A stretch of 64,000 nucleotides of DNA, taken from Alphaproteobacteria bacterium. GTDB taxonomy: Bacteria > Pseudomonadota > Alphaproteobacteria > Rs-D84. Every line of letters starts with the position of its first letter. The stretch's first letter is position 1. Positions 18,754 to 27,495 of the stretch are shown here, piece after piece. The stretch covers positions 25,103 to 89,102 of the forward strand of contig JBKSMS010000012.1 of NCBI GenBank assembly GCA_046881825.1. The letters run 5' to 3'. A program made the translations under genes and the position numbers. The notes beneath the pieces were generated by a model. That model was not told the origin of the DNA. It made no database searches and worked only from the letters and a program-made list of their open reading frames with translations.

Positions 18754-19146
18754 TTAATTTGTTTTTTTCAATTCGTTTAATTCATCATTTTTGGCTTTTA
18801 ATTCTAATTTTTTAGATTCTAATTCACTTTTTTTGTCGCCTATTTTAACACCTTGGACAGCAGCAGCAGTTCCAGTTGCGACAACCCCAACGGCACCAAT
18901 TACCGTTGCAGCAATCCAACCCTTTTTCTGCTTCTTACATTTGGCGATTTCTTCATCCAAAATACGAATATCTTCTTGTAATGTGGCGATGTCTGCAGCC
19001 TCTTCAGCCCCTATTACTTCTTCGCCACCGTTGGCATCAATAATCTGTTGCTCATAACGTTGTGCGGTAGAATTTTTTATCTTTACAGCCCCATAGGCTT
19101 CAAATACAAACACACCAATTATTACGGGTATAATATATTTTTTCAC
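18754..19146 (-). CDS. Small secreted/membrane protein sharing the N-terminal module of the 17426-18730 protein
   Basis: A GTG start sits 5 nt after the GGGGGGA SD. The signal peptide is MKKYIIPVIIGVFVFEAYGA. KCKKQKKGWIAATVIGAVGVVATG parallels KCMGSSKGLKIAGLSTIGLTAVGVAGN of the neighbour. The tail is coiled-coil. Confidence 0.55.
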   Translation of the reverse strand: MKKYIIPVIIGVFVFEAYGAVKIKNSTAQRYEQQIIDANGGEEVIGAEEAADIATLQEDIRILDEEIAKCKKQKKGWIAATVIGAVGVVATGTAAAVQGVKIGDKKSELESKKLELKAKNDELNELKKTN

Positions 19147-19172
19147 AAAATCCCCCCTTCTTTCTCGTGATT

Positions 19173-19201
19173 ATTGTATCACATTTTGGGTAAATTTACA
19201 A
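19173..19201 (-). promoter_or_regulatory. Candidate sigma70-type promoter for the 18754-19146 gene
   Basis: The minus strand reads TTGTAA-N17-TACAAT with a TG one base upstream of the -10 box, about 25 nt upstream of the GTG start. Chance matches are common in AT-rich DNA. Confidence 0.35.
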
Positions 19202-19227
19202 ACGCAAATATGTTTTTTGTTCCACTT

Positions 19228-19434
19228 TTATAATTTCCCCTTTGTAGGGGGCGCCCGTAAGGACGGGGGAGGGTTACCCCCCTCCGGCTGACGCCGCACT
19301 CCCCCGATGGGGGAGAATTGTTCTGCAACTCCTGAGTGCAAATTCTGCCCCGACCTGTCCCACGAAGCCTTAGCGAAGTGGGATGGGGGAAGTGTCACCG
19401 CAGGTGACGAAGGGGGTGAATAAAAAAACGCCAC
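19228..19434. repeat. G+C-rich multi-hairpin element (copy 1 of a repeated core)
   Basis: It consists of runs of C4-C7/G4-G7 forming stacked hairpins: CTCCCCC-GAT-GGGGGAG, GTCACC-GCA-GGTGAC and CCCGT-AAGG-ACGGG. The core at 19386-19417 is 31/32 identical to 34382-34413. Confidence 0.7.
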
Positions 19435-19447
19435 ATGGCGTTTTTTT
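19422..19447. terminator. Bidirectional terminator (A7-CGCCACATGGCG-T7)
   Basis: A hairpin flanked by A7 and T7 lies immediately 3' of tRNA-Val on the minus strand. Confidence 0.7.
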
Positions 19448-19452
19448 ATTTG

Positions 19453-19529
19453 TGGTGGATGTTAAGGGACTCGAACCCCTGACCCTCTGCGTGTAAAGCA
19501 GATGCTCTAGCCAACTGAGCTAAACATCC
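19453..19529 (-). tRNA. tRNA-Val (anticodon UAC)
   Basis: The minus strand reads GGATGTTTAGCTCAGTTGGCTAGAGCATCTGCTTTACACGCAGAGGGTCAGGGGTTCGAGTCCCTTAACATCCACCA. It folds as a cloverleaf with anticodon loop TTTACAC and an encoded CCA. Confidence 0.92.
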
Positions 19530-19578
19530 AGAAAGCGATAGTTATGTTATCTTATTTTTTCAAATTGTCCAGTGTTTT

Positions 19579-19872
19579 TTATTCGCCCAATCCGCCGGTT
19601 ATTGCTGACATAGTTTTATCAATCAATGCGTCTGCTTTTGATTTAGCGTCTTTATAGGCATCAAATACCAGTTTTGATAATGCTTCTGCCCCCAAATTCA
19701 ATGCGCTTTCTTGAATATTCACAGACACAATATCGTATTTCCCAGTCATATCAACAACAACCAGCCCCTTTTCTGCAATACCTTTGACATGCTGTTGCGC
19801 CAATGAATCTTGAGCGTTTGATATTTTGGTCTGTAAATCTTTGGCTTGCGCCATCAAAGCTTCCATATCCAT
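19579..19872 (-). CDS. ybaB: Nucleoid-associated protein YbaB/EbfC
   Basis: MEALMAQAKDLQTKI...GLVVVDMTGKYDIVSVNI is typical of this family, and the size is 97 aa. Confidence 0.88.
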   Translation of the reverse strand: MDMEALMAQAKDLQTKISNAQDSLAQQHVKGIAEKGLVVVDMTGKYDIVSVNIQESALNLGAEALSKLVFDAYKDAKSKADALIDKTMSAITGGLGE

Positions 19873-19889
19873 TTTATCCCCCTTTGGCT

Positions 19890-20255
19890 TTATTTTTGTT
19901 TTTCATGAATGTGCAACATTTGAAGAAGTTTTGACGGAACACCACGCGCACCTGCAACGGCGGGTTTTAATTTCAGCGATGGGATAAATTCGTTGTTTGT
20001 ATATTCGACCATATCATCCAACGATATATCAAACCTATGCGATATTGCTATTGGTACATAACGAATATTGCCAGATGGCGTGTCATGACGCACCTGAATT
20101 TCCGCATATTTCAGTTTCGTATCATATTCTTGCCAAATTCCCAACCAAAAATTCTGCGATAAATAATGTTTGAACTTTGGAACGTCTTGGACGGCACACT
20201 CCAAGTGCGTCGCCCAATCTTTGTCCGTCCAATTTAACTGTTCTGTTTTCATCAT
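19890..20255 (-). CDS. Hypothetical protein
   Basis: A 121-aa ORF sits tightly between pnp and ybaB on the same strand. No motif was recognised. Confidence 0.45.
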   Translation of the reverse strand: MMKTEQLNWTDKDWATHLECAVQDVPKFKHYLSQNFWLGIWQEYDTKLKYAEIQVRHDTPSGNIRYVPIAISHRFDISLDDMVEYTNNEFIPSLKLKPAVAGARGVPSKLLQMLHIHEKQK

Positions 20256-20261
20256 GAATCC

Positions 20262-22433
20262 TTATTTCTTAATTTCTGCACCTGTTTTCTGGTCAATACC
20301 AACCATAGACAAACGGGTTTTACCGCGTTTATCTGTTCCCAAGTAACGAACAAAAACTTTATCGCCTTCTTTAAGTTTAGCATCTTCGATTTTTGCCAAT
20401 CTTTCACCAGTAATTTCAGAAATATGAACCAAAGATTCAAAGTTCTTCATGATTTTTACGAACAAACCAAAATCTTTGATGCCTGAAACGACACCTTCAT
20501 AGATTTCACCAACTTCTGGTTCTGCGACAATTTCTTTGATACGCGCAATAGCGGCATCTGCATCTTCTTTGGAAGTCGCCATAATTTTAATACTGCCATC
20601 GTCTTCCAATTCAATCTGGGTATTTGTATCGCGTGTCAAAGCCTGGATAACAGAGCCACCCTTGCCAATAACTTCACGAACTTTGTCCGGATTGATTTTC
20701 ATCGCATAGCTTTGCGGAGCATATTCAGACACAGATTTACGCGGTGCCTTGATAGCATTTTCAATCTTGCCCAAAATGTGCATACGACCATCTTTGGCCT
20801 GTGCCAATGCGTGTTCCATGATTTCAAATGTAATAGATGTGATTTTGATATCCATCTGCAAAGCAGTGATACCTTTGCCTGTTCCAGTCACTTTGAAATC
20901 CATATCGCCCAAATGGTCTTCATCGCCCAAGATATCAGTCAAGATTGCGTATTCATTGCCTTCTTTAATCAATCCCATTGCAATACCAGCAACAGGTCTT
21001 TTCATTGGAACCCCGCCATCCATCAATGCCAAAGTTGCACCACATGTCGTAGCCATTGACGAAGAACCATTAGATTCCAAAATATCAGAACATACCCGAA
21101 TTACATAATCAAACTGTTCACGACTTGGAATCATAGGATGAATCGCACGCCATGCCAAATTACCATGTCCCAATTCACGACGACCCGGGGCTTTTAACCC
21201 TTTGGCTTCGCCAACTGAAAATCCAGGGAAATTATAATTCAAAATGAAATCACGTTCAGAATCACCGTCCAACGCTTCGATTGGCAAAGCATCTTTACCA
21301 CCACCCAATGTCAAAGACACCAAAGCCTGGGTTTCACCGCGTGTGAACAACGCGGAACCATGTGCGCGTGGCAACACACCCAATTCAATTTCGATTGGAC
21401 GAACTGTCTTTGTATCACGACCATCAATACGTGGTTTGCCCGCCAAAATATTTCCACGCATAATACGCGCAGTTATATTTTCAATAATTTCATCAGCCCA
21501 AGATTCAAGCGTAGAAGCCGCTGTTGTTGTTTCCGGAAATAATTCTGGGATGCGCGCTTTTGCCTTGGCATGAATTTCAGCCAATGTATCCAGACGAACT
21601 AATTTTTCCTTAATCAACAGCGCATCGGTAATTTCGCCCGCAAATTGTTCGAAATCTTTTTCCATAATGACATATTCTTCGCTGTGTTCTGGGGCTGTCC
21701 AACGTTCTTTGCCAGCCTTTTGCGCAAATTCGTTAATAGCATTGATAACTGTTTGTTGTTGATCAAAGCCGAATTTCACAGCACCCAAAGTTGTCTTTTC
21801 GTCCAATTCACCAATTTCAGATTCTACCATCAAAACGCCGTCTTTGGTCGCAGCAACAACCAAATCCATTTCAGAATCTTCTACTTCTTTTTTTGATGGA
21901 TTCAAAACATATTGACCGTCACGATAGCCAACACGCGCAGCACCAATTGGACCCTGAAAAGGAACACCAGAAATCGCCAACGCGGCAGACGCGGCAATCA
22001 TCGCCAAAATATCAGGTTGATTCTTTTTATCATAAGAAAACACCTGAGCAATAATTTGAACTTTGTTTTTAAATGTTTCTGGGAAAAGCGGACGTATAGG
22101 TCTGTCAATAAGGCGCGCAATCAATGTTTCATTAACACTTGCCTTGCCTTCGCGTCTGTCGCGTGAACCTGGGATACGACCCGCAGATGCATATTTTTCT
22201 TGGTAATCAACGGTTAAAGGAAAGAAATCTTGCCCTTCGACCGCGGTCTTTTCAGCACACACAGTCGCCAAAACCATTGTTTCACCCATTGTCGCCATTA
22301 CTGCACCAGTTGCCTGTTTTGCATAACGACCTGTTTCCAAGCGAACAGTTTCATCACCATATTGGAATTCAACCACAGTTGGATTATTCAAAACATGTTC
22401 GTTGTTTTTTGATTTTTTAAAAATACCAAACAT
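20262..22433 (-). CDS. pnp: Polyribonucleotide nucleotidyltransferase (PNPase)
   Basis: It has two RNase PH domains, a KH domain (IGKGGSVIQAL) and an S1 domain (GEIYEGVVSGIKDFGLFVKI). Confidence 0.97.
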   Translation of the reverse strand: MFGIFKKSKNNEHVLNNPTVVEFQYGDETVRLETGRYAKQATGAVMATMGETMVLATVCAEKTAVEGQDFFPLTVDYQEKYASAGRIPGSRDRREGKASVNETLIARLIDRPIRPLFPETFKNKVQIIAQVFSYDKKNQPDILAMIAASAALAISGVPFQGPIGAARVGYRDGQYVLNPSKKEVEDSEMDLVVAATKDGVLMVESEIGELDEKTTLGAVKFGFDQQQTVINAINEFAQKAGKERWTAPEHSEEYVIMEKDFEQFAGEITDALLIKEKLVRLDTLAEIHAKAKARIPELFPETTTAASTLESWADEIIENITARIMRGNILAGKPRIDGRDTKTVRPIEIELGVLPRAHGSALFTRGETQALVSLTLGGGKDALPIEALDGDSERDFILNYNFPGFSVGEAKGLKAPGRRELGHGNLAWRAIHPMIPSREQFDYVIRVCSDILESNGSSSMATTCGATLALMDGGVPMKRPVAGIAMGLIKEGNEYAILTDILGDEDHLGDMDFKVTGTGKGITALQMDIKITSITFEIMEHALAQAKDGRMHILGKIENAIKAPRKSVSEYAPQSYAMKINPDKVREVIGKGGSVIQALTRDTNTQIELEDDGSIKIMATSKEDADAAIARIKEIVAEPEVGEIYEGVVSGIKDFGLFVKIMKNFESLVHISEITGERLAKIEDAKLKEGDKVFVRYLGTDKRGKTRLSMVGIDQKTGAEIKK

Positions 22434-22473
22434 AATTTTTCTCCATTTTTTGTTTGTTAAAAGTTTTCATTTT

Positions 22474-22545
22474 GCGAAGAAAAATTATTCATTTTTGTAT
22501 TCTGTTTGAAACTAAAAATACAAGAAAGAACAATTTCTTCTTCGC
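22474..22545 (-). promoter_or_regulatory. Long imperfect hairpin in the pnp 5' leader
   Basis: GCGAAGAAAAATT (22474-22486) pairs with AATTTCTTCTTCGC (22532-22545). An inner stem pairs TTGTATT with AATACAA (22495-22501 / 22517-22523). Confidence 0.45.
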
Positions 22546-22610
22546 CACACTTGCCGAATTATAAAATAAATAAATTTATTTGCAACAAAAAACCCGGGTA
22601 AAAATCGTTT

Positions 22611-23474
22611 TTACAACCCCATTTTGTTCTTCATATCGTCCAAAACTGGCGTTTGGATATGTAAATCTTGTGCATGGCGGATTAAGCCGTTCAGCGCGAA
22701 TATCCCCTCTACCGTTCCAGTGACTTTTTCACCACGCGCAATAGATAATCCTGCTGAAAAATTACGACTGGTTGGTGATGTCGCAGACAAAAACAAATCA
22801 CCAACACCACAAAGCCCCAAGAATGTTTCACACTTTGCACCCATTTTTATACCAAGTTTCGCGATTTCGTCCCATGCACGAGTAAACACCAATGCCCTTT
22901 CGTTTTCGCCACTTGCTTTCACTGTTAAAAAGCCAGAAATAATCGATACAGCATTTTTACCAACACCGCATACCTGGGCACCAATAACATCATCACTGTC
23001 TTGTAAATAAAGGTTAGACAAAGCTTTGTGCCCCCCTGTCCTGACCTGTTCATTGCCAGCCAATGTAGATCCAGTTGGAACACCAGTTGCAACCTCACGC
23101 GCAAATTGTGGCCCGGACAAAATTCCAAAATTTTTACATTCTGGGATTTCATCGTTTAATATTTCAGACATGAATTGACCGGTTTGCGCTTCCATGCCTT
23201 TGGTACAAATCAAAATCGGTTGACCTTTATAAACATCTCGCATTTTACGCACAGTTTCCCTAAAAAATGCCGCAGGTGTCACAATCAACCAATATTCACT
23301 ATCGCTTAAATCTGTCATTTTGTCAGTGCGAATTACATTGTCTGGTTTTTCCAAATCAGCCAAGCCATCAAAAATACCATTGAATCCCCAATGCATAACC
23401 TTGTTCCCAGCCCTGGCGCATGTGTAAGCCAGCGCAGTTCCCCAAGCGCCCGCACCAAAAACACCTATTTTCAT
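22611..23474 (-). CDS. gpsA: NAD(P)H-dependent glycerol-3-phosphate dehydrogenase
   Basis: MKIGVFGAGAWGTALA is a Rossmann motif, followed by a GpsA-like C-domain. The protein is short at 287 aa. Confidence 0.85.
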   Translation of the reverse strand: MKIGVFGAGAWGTALAYTCARAGNKVMHWGFNGIFDGLADLEKPDNVIRTDKMTDLSDSEYWLIVTPAAFFRETVRKMRDVYKGQPILICTKGMEAQTGQFMSEILNDEIPECKNFGILSGPQFAREVATGVPTGSTLAGNEQVRTGGHKALSNLYLQDSDDVIGAQVCGVGKNAVSIISGFLTVKASGENERALVFTRAWDEIAKLGIKMGAKCETFLGLCGVGDLFLSATSPTSRNFSAGLSIARGEKVTGTVEGIFALNGLIRHAQDLHIQTPVLDDMKNKMGL

Positions 23475-25096
23475 TTTAATTTCCTTATCTTTTTTTCAAC
23501 GAACGGCACAACAATTAAACAATCATCAGACAAATCAAGTGCCTGACCATACGCACGCAACGCCCGTTCTTTATCGCCATATTGCACATATAAATCACCC
23601 AATGTTTCATAAAGTATCGACATATTCGCACCCGATGCACTGACTGATTCTAATAATTCCAACGCATTATCAATACTTTCTTTCTTTGCCACAACCATCG
23701 CAGCCAAAGTCCACGCATACACATCAGAAGTATTATTTTTTATCAAAACCATTGCATAATTATACGCATCATCTAAATTTCTGTTTTGTGAAATCCATGC
23801 ACGCGCCTGAAGCGACATGATGTCCGCAGACATATTACCACTTATAATTTTTACATCGTAAATATCTTCTTGAGCGCGTTTGTTTTCACCAAACACCAGA
23901 TAAACATAAGCGCGTTGTTTTAATAAAAATGCCTGACCTTCATCAGGTAAATTTTTATAACTTAACGCACGATTCAACACAGACAAAGCGCCAGATTTAT
24001 CACCGTTTTTAACACTTTCGCGAACCAATAACTGAATTGCTGGCACAAACAAAGGATTATCACGGGCTATCTTTTTAACCGTTTTAAAATCTTTGTCACG
24101 TTCTGCGATATTTAATTGACTGAACAAATACAGTGGGCTGGTCTTTTTTATGCTGTTGAAACAAGTTCTATAATCACCGGTATTGTAAAAATAATATTGC
24201 CCCAAATAGTAATTTATCGCATCCATGTTTGCTTCGTTCGATATAGTTTGCGCAAAACGCAAAAATAACAAAGATAAATCTGTATAAATCATTATCTGGG
24301 TGTGCGATATATTTTGAATAAGCGCAAATACCAAATTATTCTTATACCCCGCATAATTAGACCAATCTGGAATTTCAGGATAATCCAGCACATACATTCC
24401 CCCAGGTTTGGCAGTAAAATCTTTGCGCAAAATATCCATATCTTCCATCATGCCGTTTTCTTTGTAAAACGACATCAAATAAAGATAATCGTTGATATTC
24501 ATAAAATCAGGATGAACCTTGGCAAATTCTTTTGCTGCCGCATCAATATCGTTATTTAATACCGCAATCTGTCCCTTTACAAAAGCTTTCCAAGAATCGT
24601 TAGTTTTTAAAGAATCTATAAATTTTAAAACTTCTTTGGTTTTGCCCTGCTTTGCCCCAGCAAATATACGCAACGGTGCCGCCAAAACATTTGAATCTTT
24701 GATATGGCGATTATAAACTGATTTCCAATCATCTTTTTGAATCAAAAAAGCATCATAAATTAACCCATGAACCAAATCTTTGGAATCTTTGAATTTATCA
24801 GCGTTTTTTGGTAATTTCCCATTGAAAAAATCAGCCAAATTTTGTGTATCTGCAACAGTTTTATTTTCTGCCTTTACCATAGACGCCATTTGTGCAGCCC
24901 TGTTAAAATCATTGACATACAAAGCATGCTGAGCAGCCAAAAAATTTCCAAAATCAGAATCAAAAACAATATCGCCCTGCCCCGAATTTTGTGACTTAAA
25001 ATCTGCGATTTTTTGCCCAATTAAAACAGCACAAAAAACCAGAGCAGCAACCAAAAAAACACCAATATAAAATTTTTTTATTTCTTTCATAATCAT
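23471..25096 (-). CDS. Membrane-anchored TPR-repeat protein
   Basis: It has an N-terminal TM (FYIGVFLVAALVFCAVLI). C-terminal TPR-like repeats are present (ALELLES...ETLGDLYVQYGDKERALRAYGQAL). It overlaps the gpsA start by 4 nt. Confidence 0.6.
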   Translation of the reverse strand: MIMKEIKKFYIGVFLVAALVFCAVLIGQKIADFKSQNSGQGDIVFDSDFGNFLAAQHALYVNDFNRAAQMASMVKAENKTVADTQNLADFFNGKLPKNADKFKDSKDLVHGLIYDAFLIQKDDWKSVYNRHIKDSNVLAAPLRIFAGAKQGKTKEVLKFIDSLKTNDSWKAFVKGQIAVLNNDIDAAAKEFAKVHPDFMNINDYLYLMSFYKENGMMEDMDILRKDFTAKPGGMYVLDYPEIPDWSNYAGYKNNLVFALIQNISHTQIMIYTDLSLLFLRFAQTISNEANMDAINYYLGQYYFYNTGDYRTCFNSIKKTSPLYLFSQLNIAERDKDFKTVKKIARDNPLFVPAIQLLVRESVKNGDKSGALSVLNRALSYKNLPDEGQAFLLKQRAYVYLVFGENKRAQEDIYDVKIISGNMSADIMSLQARAWISQNRNLDDAYNYAMVLIKNNTSDVYAWTLAAMVVAKKESIDNALELLESVSASGANMSILYETLGDLYVQYGDKERALRAYGQALDLSDDCLIVVPFVEKKIRKLK

Positions 25097-25115
25097 ATAT
25101 GTTAAAATAAATCTT

Positions 25116-25676
25116 ATGAAAATAGAAGAAAAATTTATTGAATATGAAAAACTGTTAAAAGATTGGTCGACAAGAATAAACTTGGTCGCCCCCAGTACTT
25201 TGAATGATGTTCAAAACAGACACATCAAAGACAGCGCGCAATTGGCTAAATACATACCAAAAAATGTAAAAATCATTGATTTGGGCAGCGGCGCGGGCTT
25301 TCCCGGGGTCGTTCTGGCTATTTTGGGATGGGAAGTTGTTTGTATCGAATCAATCGGCAAGAAAACAAAATTTTTAAATGAATTAAAAGAAAAATTAGAT
25401 TTACCAAACCTGACTATTATAAACGACAGAATAGAAAATTTTTTATCGAAAACACCGGTAAATGCCGGGAAATTTGTATTCACCGCTCGGGCTTTTGCAC
25501 CATTAATTAAAATTTTTGATTATACACACAAAACAAATTGCCGGCTTTTTTTACTAAAAGGCCGGGAAATTGAAACAGAAATCGCAACTGCAAAAAGTCG
25601 ATATAAATTCGATTATAAACTTTATAAATCTGAAACAGGCGACGGTTTTATTATTTGTATTTCTAATTTAAAATGA
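25116..25676 (+). CDS. rsmG: 16S rRNA m7G527 methyltransferase RsmG (GidB)
   Basis: NRHIKDS and the SAM motif IIDLGSGAGFPGVVLAI are present. Confidence 0.9.
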   Translation: MKIEEKFIEYEKLLKDWSTRINLVAPSTLNDVQNRHIKDSAQLAKYIPKNVKIIDLGSGAGFPGVVLAILGWEVVCIESIGKKTKFLNELKEKLDLPNLTIINDRIENFLSKTPVNAGKFVFTARAFAPLIKIFDYTHKTNCRLFLLKGREIETEIATAKSRYKFDYKLYKSETGDGFIICISNLK

Positions 25677-25680
25677 TTTT

Positions 25681-25696
25681 TATTTCACATGAAATA
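25681..25696. promoter_or_regulatory. parS-like palindrome
   Basis: TATTTCACATGAAATA matches TGTTTCACGTGAAACA at 13 of 16 positions. It has 7-2-7 dyad symmetry and lies between rsmG and parA. A 12-nt perfect palindrome, ATAGATATCTAT, follows at 25697-25708. Confidence 0.45.
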
Positions 25697-25790
25697 ATAG
25701 ATATCTATTTGATTGAACGCGTTTTTTATTTTTATATTGACTAATTTTTTGTTATTTTATATTCTGTTTTTTGTTAAAAAGGTCGACAAA

Positions 25791-26564
25791 ATGACAAAAA
25801 TAATATCATTTGCAAATCAAAAGGGCGGGGTGGGCAAAACCACAACCGCGATAAATATAGCAACATCATTAGCCACAATAAAAAAACGGGTTTTATTGAT
25901 AGATTTGGATTCCCAAGGTAATGCTGGAACCGGTCTGGGGTTTGTCCGCACTGCCCATAAACAAAGCGTTTACGGCGTTTTGATGGGTACTGCCAGTGCG
26001 GCAGAAAACATCTTAACCACGGCTGTTCCAAACATGCATTTATTGCCTGCATCGCAAAAATTAGCCGGCGCAGAATTAGACATGCTGGATTTGGACAGGC
26101 GCGAATACCGCCTGCGGGATGCCTTGGAATCTATTAAACATAATTATGATTATATACTGATAGATTGTCCACCAAATTTAGGTATGCTGACTATAAATGC
26201 TTTGACTGCTTCTGATTATGTTATAATACCGTTGCAGTGCGAATTTTTTGCGTTAGAAGGGGTCCAACATCTTTTATCGACAATAACCGCTATACAACAA
26301 AAATGGAATAAAAAATTGGATGTGTTGGGTATGGTTTTAACTATGTACGACAAAAAATTGGGGTTAACACGCGCTGTTGAAGAAGATGTTCGCAACACAT
26401 TTGGCAACAAAGTTTTCAAAACTGTTGTTCCGCGTAATGTCCGCATTTCAGAAGCACCAAGCCATGGAAAACCGGCACTTTTTTATGATTTTAAATCATC
26501 AGGCGCCCAGGCTTATCTGCGCGTTGCAACCGAAGTAGTCAATGCATTAGAACAAAGGATATAA
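25791..26564 (+). CDS. parA: Chromosome partitioning ATPase ParA/Soj
   Basis: MTKIISFANQKGGVGKTTTAINIA is the deviant Walker A. The ATG at 25791 is preferred over the extended ORF. Confidence 0.93.
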   Translation: MTKIISFANQKGGVGKTTTAINIATSLATIKKRVLLIDLDSQGNAGTGLGFVRTAHKQSVYGVLMGTASAAENILTTAVPNMHLLPASQKLAGAELDMLDLDRREYRLRDALESIKHNYDYILIDCPPNLGMLTINALTASDYVIIPLQCEFFALEGVQHLLSTITAIQQKWNKKLDVLGMVLTMYDKKLGLTRAVEEDVRNTFGNKVFKTVVPRNVRISEAPSHGKPALFYDFKSSGAQAYLRVATEVVNALEQRI

Positions 26565-26565
26565 A

Positions 26566-27441
26566 ATGTCATCAAAATTTTTAGGCAAAGGATTGGCTGA
26601 ATTAAACGAAGAAATGGGGCAATTGCCTGATATTTCCGTATTAACTGGCTCTCAACGCGTTGTTGTAAAACAAATACCTCTCGCACAAATCAGTCCTAAT
26701 CCGAATCAGCCAAGAAAAACATTTAATCAAAAAGAATTGGATGAATTGGCCAACTCTATACGAGAAAAAGGGGTTTTTCAACCAATTATTTTACGCACTG
26801 TAAAAAACAAACCTTATCTTTATGAAATTGTTGCTGGGGAACGCCGTTTTCGCGCATCACAATCTTTGGGTTTAACTGAAATTCCGGCTTTGGTAAAGGA
26901 ATTAGATGATAAAAATGTGGCGGAAATTTCTTTAATTGAAAATGTTCAACGCGAAAATTTGAATCCTATAGAAGAAGCGCAAGGCTATGAAAACCTGATG
27001 AAAAAGTATCAGTATTCGTTGCAAGATATATCAAAATTAATTGGGAAATCAGAAAGTTATATCCGGAATTTAATGCGCATAAATTCACTTCCTGATTCTG
27101 TCAAAGAATTAATAAGAGAAGGTAAAATATCGGCATCACACGCACGCACAATTGCTGTTTCAGACAATCCAGAACAAATGGCGCACGATATTATAAACAA
27201 CAAATTATCTGTTGCAGAAACGCAAAAACGCGTAAAAAATTCGAATCGGTCGGAAAAAAGTCGCAACTTTAATAAAACAACCCTGGACAAGGAATATGTC
27301 GCAAAAATAGAATTTAAATTGTCAGCACATCTGGATGCTGATGTAAAATTACGCGAAAAACGGGGCGGGGCGGGGCAATTTGTTATATCTTTTGCGAATC
27401 GAATACAAATGGAAGATTTGGTGAATAAATTGTCCAAATAA
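26566..27441 (+). CDS. parB: Chromosome partitioning protein ParB/Spo0J
   Basis: ISPNPNQPRK, IVAGERRFRAS and the HTH region are present. Confidence 0.93.
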   Translation: MSSKFLGKGLAELNEEMGQLPDISVLTGSQRVVVKQIPLAQISPNPNQPRKTFNQKELDELANSIREKGVFQPIILRTVKNKPYLYEIVAGERRFRASQSLGLTEIPALVKELDDKNVAEISLIENVQRENLNPIEEAQGYENLMKKYQYSLQDISKLIGKSESYIRNLMRINSLPDSVKELIREGKISASHARTIAVSDNPEQMAHDIINNKLSVAETQKRVKNSNRSEKSRNFNKTTLDKEYVAKIEFKLSAHLDADVKLREKRGGAGQFVISFANRIQMEDLVNKLSK

Positions 27442-27449
27442 AAATATTA

Positions 27450-27478
27450 AAAAACACCGGCAAATGCCGGTGTTTTTT
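27450..27478. terminator. Bidirectional terminator (CACCGGCAAATGCCGGTG + T6)
   Basis: The hairpin is identical to the one at 8031-8048. It lies between the convergent parB and pal. Confidence 0.85.
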
Positions 27479-27495
27479 GAATAACAAAAGTTATA

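Noticed and set aside
19228-19434. 68-aa minus-strand ORF (MAFFYSPPSSPAVTLPPSHF...) covering the GC-rich element
   Set aside because: The Pro/Gly/Ser-rich translation is the expected artefact of C/G runs. The ORF starts inside the tRNA terminator, has no SD, and its hairpins explain the sequence better than coding does.
19228-19434. Possibility that the GC-rich element is SRP RNA, tmRNA, RNase P RNA or 6S RNA
   Set aside because: Several expected features are missing: an SRP domain IV motif (GGAA tetraloop with AGCA), a tRNA-like GGTTCGA...CCA end, and RNase P P4 strings (GAGGAAAGUCC / ACAGAA). The length does not fit either. This is not excluded without a covariance-model search.
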